From Candidatus Methanomethylicia archaeon (GTDB lineage Archaea > Thermoproteota > Methanomethylicia > Nezhaarchaeales > B40-G2), in NCBI GenBank assembly GCA_029259155.1, contig JAPDJI010000025.1:1-64000 (forward strand): DNA of 64,000 bases, written 5' to 3'. The first letter of the stretch is position 1. Every line of letters starts with the position of its first letter. Position numbers and translations under genes: made by a program. Positions 57,071 to 64,000 of the stretch are shown in pieces. The notes under the pieces were generated by a model that saw nothing but the letters and a program-made list of their open reading frames with translations, did no database searches and was not told the DNA's origin.

Positions 57071-58477
57071 TTAAGCGATTGGGCGTTTTGCTGAGTACGT
57101 CACTAAACGTGAAATGGCTGAGACCGCTAAATCTACTGTTGGATAGACGGGCACTTTAACTTCCAGCAGTTTTCTTCCAGCTTTCTGATAGTCTTCGTAG
57201 AATAGTCTCGGTTGCATGACCACGAATATCGGTTTACCGTAGCGTTGCTTAACGCGGCATACCACGTCGGTAAGCTCATGGAAGCGTTGTGCTCCTCGGT
57301 ATAATGAAGGCCACTCCATGCTTTGAAGAATTAGGAGCCCATCAATGTTAGGGTCTTCTATCAGGAAAGATAGTATCTCTAAGTAGGTTTCTGGGTCCAG
57401 GGCAGCTAATTGAATATCCACAGGGTTTCTTATGCTGGACCCGTACCTAGGAACTATTTTTTCAAGCTTCTTCAAGGTCTCTCCAGAGGGTCTAGGGAGG
57501 CTTAAGCCATGCTTACTACAGGCGTCAGCTGTTGATACGGCCTCCCCTCCACTTATTGAAACGACTGCCAGCCTTCCCCCGCTAATTTTTGGGATTAATG
57601 AGAATGTGAGGGACGTGTAGGCGGTGTCTTCTAGGCTATAAGCCTGGATGGCTTGACCCTGCTTTAAGGCTACCCTCCACAGGGTCCAAGACCCTGCCAT
57701 AGCTAACGTATGAGTCGATACCGCCTCTGCCCCTTCCTCCGTCACCCCTCCTTTCCATACAATAACTGGTTTCTTGGCCGTGGTTTTCTTTAGAGAGCTT
57801 ATGAGCTGTCTTCCGTCCTTAACTCCTTCCACGTAGGTTGCTATCACGTGGGTCTCAGGGTCTTCGCCGAAGGCCTCGATTAGCTCAGGTAAGTCTACAT
57901 CAACCGCATTGCCATAACTTACAATAGCACTAAACTTAAGTCCTATAGATGCTCCTAGCCACCCCATGGCTGCAGCGTGTCCCCCGCTCTGAGCCAGAAA
58001 GGCTACATTTCCAGCTTCCTTAGGGAAGCCGTGGGCAAAGCATAGTCCAGAGCTAGGCCTGTAGATGCCTAAGCAATTTGGTCCTATCACCCTAAACTTC
58101 CAGCGTTTAACTGCCTCAACTATAGCTCTACTTATTCCCCTATCACCCGTCGGTGAGAGGATGTCGGAGTCAGAGGTGAAGATAATGATGGCTTTCACAC
58201 CTTTAACGCCACACTCTTCCAATACCTCTGCTACTGCTTCTCTAGGCACGGCTATGAACGCTAAGTCTACTGCTTCCTCTATCTCGCTTACCTTATGGTA
58301 TACCTTGAACCCCAAGATCTCGCTTTCCTTTGGATTTACGAGGTAGAGGCGGCCATGATAACCATACTCGAGGAGGGTTCTAACGTAGTGGTTGATGTAA
58401 TCGTCTTCTCTTTTAGATACTCCGATTATAGCCATGGAGCGGGGCGATAGAAACAAGCTCCAGGGTGCCTTACCCAA
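57071..58477 (-). CDS. Acyl-CoA synthetase (NDP-forming) alpha-subunit-like CoA-binding protein
   Basis: PRSMAIIG.S, IGPNCLG, QSGG, SYGN, YVEG, KGG.T..G..AV.THT..MAG, NPVD. Confidence 0.88.
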   Translation of the reverse strand: MGKAPWSLFLSPRSMAIIGVSKREDDYINHYVRTLLEYGYHGRLYLVNPKESEILGFKVYHKVSEIEEAVDLAFIAVPREAVAEVLEECGVKGVKAIIIFTSDSDILSPTGDRGISRAIVEAVKRWKFRVIGPNCLGIYRPSSGLCFAHGFPKEAGNVAFLAQSGGHAAAMGWLGASIGLKFSAIVSYGNAVDVDLPELIEAFGEDPETHVIATYVEGVKDGRQLISSLKKTTAKKPVIVWKGGVTEEGAEAVSTHTLAMAGSWTLWRVALKQGQAIQAYSLEDTAYTSLTFSLIPKISGGRLAVVSISGGEAVSTADACSKHGLSLPRPSGETLKKLEKIVPRYGSSIRNPVDIQLAALDPETYLEILSFLIEDPNIDGLLILQSMEWPSLYRGAQRFHELTDVVCRVKQRYGKPIFVVMQPRLFYEDYQKAGRKLLEVKVPVYPTVDLAVSAISRLVTYSAKRPIA

Positions 58478-58563
58478 TGTTCTTTCCTCCTCTGCGAGGT
58501 AGGATGAAAGCTTTTTATAGGCTCAGTTATTTTATAGCTATAAAATATTATGTGGTGGTGGAT

Positions 58564-59634
58564 ATGGGCAAGATAAGAGTAGCAGTAGCAGGTGTAGGTA
58601 ACTGCTGCTCTGCCCTTATCCAAGGCATATATTACTATAGGGGTGCTCCTGACGACTCAGATATACCGGGACTCCTCTACCCTAACTTTGGAGGCTACAG
58701 GGTCGAGGATATAGAGTTCGTGGCTGCTTTTGACGTAAACGCGGAGAAGGTAGGCAAAGACCTCTCTGAAGCTATCTTCGCTTACCCCAATAACACCAGA
58801 AGGTTCGCAGAAGTCCCTCGGCTAGGAGTCACTGTCATGAATGCTCCGGTAATGGATGGAATAGGCAGGTATCTGAAGGATATAATTAAGCTATCCGATG
58901 AACCGCCTGCCGACGTGGCTCAAGTGCTTAAGGACACCAAAGCTGACATCTTGGTAAACTACCTTCCCGTGGGCTCTGAAGAAGCAGTCAGATGGTATGC
59001 TGCGCAAGCGCTCGAAGCAGGATGTGCTTTCGTTAACTGCATGCCGGTGTTCATAGCTTCCGACCCAGTGTGGGCTAAGAAATTCGAGGATCGAAGAATT
59101 CCTGTGGCAGGCGACGATATACAAAGCCAGCTAGGAGCTACGGTCTTGCATAAAACCATAGTCAAGCTCTTAGAGGAGCGCGGTGTTAGGATCGAAGAAA
59201 CCTACCAGCTCAACGTAGGTGGCGATACAGACTTCCTTAACATGTTAGAGCGTGAGCGTCTAGCCTCTAAGGAAGTCAGCAAGACTATGGCGGTCCAGAA
59301 GATGGCTGGCCATGAGTTCCCTGTGAAAATAGGGCCTAGTGACTACATACCGTTTCTAGAGAATAGAAAGATATGCTACATATGGATTAGAGGGAAACAC
59401 TTCGGCGATACCCCCATTAGCATCGACGTAAAGCTCTCAGTGTGGGATGCTCCAAACTCAGCGGGTGTGGTCATAGATGTGATAAGAGCAGTGAAGATAG
59501 CTTTGGACAGAGGCGTGGGTGGTCCCTTAACCAGCATTTCAGCCTGGGGCTTTAAGCACCCGCCAGTACATGCCCCAGCCTCCGTCGCTAGGCAATGGGT
59601 AGAGGAGTTCATAAAAGGAGCAAGAGAACGATAG
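58564..59634 (+). CDS. ino1: myo-inositol-1-phosphate synthase
   Basis: GVGNCCSALIQG, NYLPVGSE, GDDIQSQLGAT, QLNVGG.TDF.NM, D.PNSAG. ATG 58564 follows GGTGGTGG. Confidence 0.94.
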   Translation: MGKIRVAVAGVGNCCSALIQGIYYYRGAPDDSDIPGLLYPNFGGYRVEDIEFVAAFDVNAEKVGKDLSEAIFAYPNNTRRFAEVPRLGVTVMNAPVMDGIGRYLKDIIKLSDEPPADVAQVLKDTKADILVNYLPVGSEEAVRWYAAQALEAGCAFVNCMPVFIASDPVWAKKFEDRRIPVAGDDIQSQLGATVLHKTIVKLLEERGVRIEETYQLNVGGDTDFLNMLERERLASKEVSKTMAVQKMAGHEFPVKIGPSDYIPFLENRKICYIWIRGKHFGDTPISIDVKLSVWDAPNSAGVVIDVIRAVKIALDRGVGGPLTSISAWGFKHPPVHAPASVARQWVEEFIKGARER

Positions 59635-59639
59635 TAAAA

Positions 59640-60377
59640 CTACTCAGAAATAGGGCCTTCCACCACTATGCCCTCTCCTCTAACGATCCTAAACTTATAA
59701 AGCACTGGATCAACAGCAGTCCACCTCATTTTTCTTACACATAAGGTTCTATAAACTTCATTACCTTTTCTAAGTATCCCTAACGTTATGATGCCTGAGG
59801 CTAAGAATTCCTCTACGCCGAATCTACTCAAAGTATTTGACCCTGTAGGTACCTCTGAGACGATCAATGTTGTACATCCAAGCTCGCGCTCGATTGCCAG
59901 CACCAACTCTCTAATATACTCCCTTGTAAAGGGGAGGTCTTCCTCCTTTGTTAGTAGAGGAGCTATAGGGTCTATGACCAGCCTAGTAGCTCCTATCCTC
60001 ATCATCTCCTGTCTAATACCTACGATGACTGAACCGACAGCTGCCTCAATATACTTCTTCTTAAACTTCTCGGCAAAGCCTGGTACTATCTGAGTTATAG
60101 ACAAAAGGTTCTTCTCAAGCAGACTGCTTACATCCCAGCCGAAGCCTTCAGCTCCCCGAATCACGTTTTCCCTATCCTCATCAATGGCCATGTAAATACC
60201 TCTCTCCCCTATCTTCACTCCATGGAGGAGAAACTGAAGGGAGAATATGGTTTTTCCAGTTCCCGTCTCGCCTGCGATGAGGTGGGTTCTACTTTTCAAT
60301 AGTCCTCCTTCAATGAGTTCGTCGAGCCCAGGTATACCTGTAGGGGTACGTTGAATAGTTCTCGTAGGAGTTATCAA
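59640..60377 (-). CDS. KaiC/RadA-like (RecA superfamily) ATPase
   Basis: TGIPGLDELIEGG, GETGTGKT, RLVIDPI, KMR. Confidence 0.9.
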   Translation of the reverse strand: MITPTRTIQRTPTGIPGLDELIEGGLLKSRTHLIAGETGTGKTIFSLQFLLHGVKIGERGIYMAIDEDRENVIRGAEGFGWDVSSLLEKNLLSITQIVPGFAEKFKKKYIEAAVGSVIVGIRQEMMRIGATRLVIDPIAPLLTKEEDLPFTREYIRELVLAIERELGCTTLIVSEVPTGSNTLSRFGVEEFLASGIITLGILRKGNEVYRTLCVRKMRWTAVDPVLYKFRIVRGEGIVVEGPISE

Positions 60378-60379
60378 AA

Positions 60380-60565
60380 CTAAACCTCCTCTAATCTAAG
60401 CTCTCTAGACTTTGCTCCTCGAATAGTCCATAACTCTCTTTGAAGTAGATCACGTATAGCTATCCTTATAGCTTCGCTTCTAGAAGGAAATAGCCCAGCC
60501 TCAATGAGTCTATTAAGTTCTTCAAGATAAGCTTTAGGCACTTTAACTGTTATCACCCTCAACAT
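60380..60565 (-). CDS. Ribbon-helix-helix (CopG) regulator
   Basis: ITVKVP...L..LI..G.FPSRSEAIR.AIRDLL. Confidence 0.88.
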   Translation of the reverse strand: MLRVITVKVPKAYLEELNRLIEAGLFPSRSEAIRIAIRDLLQRELWTIRGAKSRELRLEEV

Positions 60566-60654
60566 TAACCCTCCTCTGATCTAGACACTTTGTAAAAACC
60601 TTTAAACAATCTCTTTATAAAGGTAGTGTTTTTCAACACCTTCCCTTACAATTA

Positions 60655-61731
60655 TTAAAAGGTTCGTTCTATTAAGAAGTCTGCGAGCTCCTCGAAGAAG
60701 ACCATGGAATGCTTCGTTAAGCTAGGTTCAGCTTCTCTCAGCTTCTCTTTGGCCAGCTTCACGAGATCTTGAGCGAGTTGACGGGCGTAGCTCAAAGCTC
60801 CTGTACTTTCCACGATGTTCCTAGCCTCCTCAACTTCTTCTCTTGTAAGGTCTGCTTTACCTAATAGCTTTCTGAGCCTGTTTCTATTTGTTTCATCGGC
60901 TAGCTCCAGAGCCTTAATGACGAGTAGCGTCATCTTACCTTCTCTAATATCACTTCCTACGGGTTTCCCTATTTCTTCTTCTTCGCCAAAGAGGCCTATG
61001 ATGTCGTCCTGGATCTGGAAGCCCTGAGCTGAAAGAACAGCGTAGCTGCTTAAGGCTTTTAATTGGCTATCAGTGGCTCCACCTAGTGTCGCACCTATCA
61101 AAATGGCTTTCTCGAAGAGAGCTGCAGTCTTCAACCTAACCATTTCTAGGTACTCCTTCTCCTCAACTTGTTCACTTAAGGGTAGATAAGTATCTAGGAG
61201 TACGCCGTCTATGAGTTGCTGGTAGGCCTCAACATAGAGCTTAAGCGCCTTAACTAACAGTTTCTCATCAAATCTTGCATAGGCTAGGGCCTTAAACCCT
61301 AGGTTAAATAAGATATCTCCTCCAAGTATCCCCAGGCTTAAGCCGAAATGCTCTGAGTCTCCTGAGGCTTTAACCGCTCTATGCCAATCTCTATACTTGG
61401 CATGGAAGGTTGGTCCTCCTCTCCTAAGTTCGTCTCTATCGATTATGTCGTCGTGTATGAGACTTGAGTTGTGGAGTAGCTCAACGCATATGGAGGCGTC
61501 TATCGATGCCTGTTCGTCACTGCCTCCTACACCTCTATAAGCCATTACTAGGGCGATGGGTCTAAGCCTCTTCCCTCCTCTAAGGAGGTACTCCTTTAAG
61601 TTAGCGTAGTACTCTTCATGAAACCTGCTTAGCTCTCTCGCCTGTGCAAGCTCCTTTCTTAAGAACCTCTCCAATGCTTCTTCAACTTTTGGGCTGTAGA
61701 GAGCTATGGTTTCCTTAAGCAAAGCTTTCAC
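60655..61731 (-). CDS. Geranylgeranyl diphosphate synthase (IdsA-like)
   Basis: GGKRLRP, LIHDDIID, KTA, FQIQDDI, GKPVGSDIREGK.T. Confidence 0.92.
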   Translation of the reverse strand: MKALLKETIALYSPKVEEALERFLRKELAQARELSRFHEEYYANLKEYLLRGGKRLRPIALVMAYRGVGGSDEQASIDASICVELLHNSSLIHDDIIDRDELRRGGPTFHAKYRDWHRAVKASGDSEHFGLSLGILGGDILFNLGFKALAYARFDEKLLVKALKLYVEAYQQLIDGVLLDTYLPLSEQVEEKEYLEMVRLKTAALFEKAILIGATLGGATDSQLKALSSYAVLSAQGFQIQDDIIGLFGEEEEIGKPVGSDIREGKMTLLVIKALELADETNRNRLRKLLGKADLTREEVEEARNIVESTGALSYARQLAQDLVKLAKEKLREAEPSLTKHSMVFFEELADFLIERTF

Positions 61732-61783
61732 CGAGAAAACCGTTAAACCTTATACGCTAAAAAGCCTAGCTGGGGGCCGAGTT

Positions 61784-62539
61784 TTGAGTAAAGTGGAGGT
61801 TTACGGGCTTAAGGTTAAGGAGGAGATTAAACCTGGCTTCGACCTAGCTGAGGCCATAGTTAGAGAAGCTGAGCGCCAAGCTGGAGGTTTAAAGGACGGC
61901 GACGTTGTGGTAGTAACCTCTAAGGTTGTATCTAAAGCTGAAGGTAGACTGGCCTCGTTAAATACGGTTAAGCCCTCACCCTTCGCTGAAAGGTTAGCTG
62001 CTTCTCTAGGCAAACCTGCTGAAGTGGTCGAGCTTGTTTTACGTGAAGCTTCACGTATTGTCAGGATGGGCAAGCGGGTCTTGATCACTGAGGATTTAAG
62101 AGGATGGATAAGCGCTAATTCAGGTGTAGATGTATCTAATGCCCCACCTGGCTACGCTATTCTTCTTCCAATAGACCCAGACGCTTCTGCGAGAAAACTT
62201 AGAGACGCCTTGTCAAAAGCTACTGGTAAGGAAGTGGCGGTCATAGTATCTGATACGCAGGGTAGACCCTTCAGGAAAGGACAGGTGGATGTAGCAGTGG
62301 GTCTGGCTGGGCTAAAACCGATATGGGATAGGAAGGGGGAGAAGGATCTTTACGGGTATTCCTTAAGGATAAAGGAGATAGCTTTAGCTGACGAGCTGGC
62401 TTCTGCGGCCGAGCTGGTGATTGGTCAGGCGGCTGAAGCCACACCTGTTGCTATCATAAGAGGGGTTAGCTATGAGAAGGACGAGAAAGCCGAGGCGAAA
62501 GACATTCAAAGACCTAGGCCTGAGGATCTTTTCGCTTAA
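61784..62539 (+). CDS. cofE: Coenzyme F420-0:L-glutamate ligase
   Basis: [38 protein letters not shown] 61784 follows a GGGGG SD. Confidence 0.92.
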   Translation: MSKVEVYGLKVKEEIKPGFDLAEAIVREAERQAGGLKDGDVVVVTSKVVSKAEGRLASLNTVKPSPFAERLAASLGKPAEVVELVLREASRIVRMGKRVLITEDLRGWISANSGVDVSNAPPGYAILLPIDPDASARKLRDALSKATGKEVAVIVSDTQGRPFRKGQVDVAVGLAGLKPIWDRKGEKDLYGYSLRIKEIALADELASAAELVIGQAAEATPVAIIRGVSYEKDEKAEAKDIQRPRPEDLFA

Positions 62540-62610
62540 AGGAGTCGGAGGTAAACTATTTATTTTACCCTAACAAGAGGGGTAGCGCTGCGAACAAGGA
62601 GGTAAACAAC

Positions 62611-62931
62611 ATGAGCAAGGAGGCAGAGGCTTCAAAGAAGGAGAAGGCCGCCAGGCCCATAGGAGAGAACGTAGTCCTGGTGGGGAACAAGCCAACCATG
62701 AACTATGTGCTGGCCACAGTCATTCAGTTCAACCAGGGAGCCGACAAGGTGATAGTTAAGGCTAGAGGGAGAGCTATATCCAAGGCGGTCGACACTGCTC
62801 AGATCGTTCAACTACGATTCTTACAGGACCAGGTAGAGGTCAAGGACGTCAAGATAGGCACTGAGAGAGTTGGCGAGTACGGGCAAGAGAGAAACGTGTC
62901 TACCATCGAGATCCTGCTAGCCAGGAAGTAG
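62611..62931 (+). CDS. albA: DNA/RNA-binding protein Alba
   Basis: [30 protein letters not shown]. Confidence 0.96.
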   Translation: MSKEAEASKKEKAARPIGENVVLVGNKPTMNYVLATVIQFNQGADKVIVKARGRAISKAVDTAQIVQLRFLQDQVEVKDVKIGTERVGEYGQERNVSTIEILLARK

Positions 62932-62962
62932 GCGGCCTCAACGCTACATCATTTTTCCCTCT

Positions 62963-64000
62963 TTATAGTTCTCTGAACCCTAAGTTTAGGAGCTCCGCTA
63001 TCTCCCTTAGCTCTTCCATAACATCACCATAAACCATCAATAAGTGCCCTCCTACTAATTTACTTAACAGCTCAACTGGCTCCTCCACCTCCACCTCTGC
63101 TTGGGTCCTGCAGAACCCTTCCTTCTTCAGGAATGACGCCTTCATGTAACCTTTGAAAGCTACTATCTCCTTCAATCCTTTATCTACATTAAAAAGCGTG
63201 ACAGCCCCTCTTTTCAACTCCACATCCAGACCTGCTGGAAGCCCGCTTTCAAAATGTGGAAGGACGTCTATCCGTCTCTCGGCCATGGAGGCTGGCGCTG
63301 TACAGTGTGCTATTAGCAAAGTCCTACCGGTGTATGATGAGACGTTGGACATGAAGAACTCTCTCTTAAGTAGTTTACGTGTCAAGACGCTTGCAGCTAT
63401 GGACTGAATTTCTCCTTCACATACAGCTACGTAGCCTTCATCGCTTAATAAAGACATAGTAAGGCAGGGCGTGGAGCCTATCTTGCTCAGTAAATTGAAG
63501 CAGTTGAAGGTGAAGCCGTCGGCCCCTCTAGCTTCAAGTAGACTTTTGGTAGCCAAATACAACCTGATAGCCTTTGTTAAGCTCGTGTCTTTTATTGCCA
63601 TCGAGGCTCTCAACCGTTTCTCCATCGTCTCCACCTCCTCTTCACCTACCTTTATGATGGCTTCCTCCAAGTCCTTGTATGGTACTTCCTCGATTTCCAC
63701 GTTAAACATCTCGGCGAGTCTTTCTGGACTGGCTTCTTTAAGGTCAGCTCTCGCTGCCAGTCCCCCGAAGGATAGAATCTTAGCTTTACTTTCTTCTCTG
63801 AGGGATTTAGCTTTCTCCAAGAATCTTCTGACTTCTTCTGCGTAGCCCTCTCTAACCATTACTATCTTTGCCATGGCTTGCTCCCTCAAGAGAGCATTGG
63901 CTTCAAGAGCTGAAGGGAGGGCGTTATGGCGGGGCGATGCTATGAAAATTAAAGGCTTAGCTACATCTTGCAGGATTTTCGCAGCTGATTTAGAAGTCCC
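62963..64000 (-). CDS. L-fucose isomerase-like protein, 5'-partial
   Basis: Frame is open to the window edge (GTSKS...HNALPSALE). Motifs CF.L...TPCL, CEGE, AHCT.P, HFESG, CRTQ, GHL. Confidence 0.75.
   Translation of the reverse strand, partial: GTSKSAAKILQDVAKPLIFIASPRHNALPSALEANALLREQAMAKIVMVREGYAEEVRRFLEKAKSLREESKAKILSFGGLAARADLKEASPERLAEMFNVEIEEVPYKDLEEAIIKVGEEEVETMEKRLRASMAIKDTSLTKAIRLYLATKSLLEARGADGFTFNCFNLLSKIGSTPCLTMSLLSDEGYVAVCEGEIQSIAASVLTRKLLKREFFMSNVSSYTGRTLLIAHCTAPASMAERRIDVLPHFESGLPAGLDVELKRGAVTLFNVDKGLKEIVAFKGYMKASFLKKEGFCRTQAEVEVEEPVELLSKLVGGHLLMVYGDVMEELREIAELLNLGFREL

Noticed and set aside
58465-58563. Long N-terminal extensions given by the ORF track for ino1 (also cofE 61706, torD 17491, peptidase 5189)
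   Set aside because: They overlap divergent genes or promoters. Downstream starts, most with clear SD motifs, match the family N-termini better.
3102-63845. Numerous 60-140 aa ORFs antisense to or overlapping well-supported genes (e.g. 3102-3395, 9244-9654, 27905-28336, 52252-52617, 63471-63845)
   Set aside because: Shadow ORFs of real genes with Ser/Leu-rich composition and no recognisable motifs.
1-64000. CRISPR array, IS elements, integrase or provirus
   Set aside because: No regularly spaced repeats and no transposase, integrase or viral hallmark proteins were recognised.

Overview
A 64 kb gene-dense window from an anaerobic, probably thermophilic TACK/Thermoproteota-type archaeon. This is inferred from PolB1, rps26e, Alba, cofE, archaeal ProRS and BRE/TATA promoters. 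It carries housekeeping genes (polB1, proS, rps26e, trmI, pyrF, endoQ, alba, ino1, two polyprenyl synthases), a Tat translocase and a large respiratory region. That region holds a Tat-exported Psr/Phs-like molybdoenzyme with a TorD chaperone, a Tat-exported group-1 [NiFe]-hydrogenase with HybA/NrfD partners, quinone-tailoring genes (MenA-like, UbiD), a headless Nuo/Fpo-like complex in two divergent operons, and EtfAB with HdrA/HdrD-like genes. The standout observation is a 30-nt bulge-helix-bulge intron (47511-47540) in the AmmeMemoRadiSam-type radical SAM gene. It carries an in-frame UAA, and excision at the canonical BHB cut sites restores the conserved PIE-IKP motif and a ~359 aa ORF. Other hidden elements are one good and one weaker C/D-box sRNA (3692-3893), an unlisted 54-aa Cys-rich microprotein (5208-5372), a tRNA 5' end at the window edge, and perfectly identical 55/55/31-nt patches shared between otherwise divergent paralogue pairs. 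No CRISPR array, transposase or integrase was seen. All calls come from reading the sequence by eye; no database searches were run.
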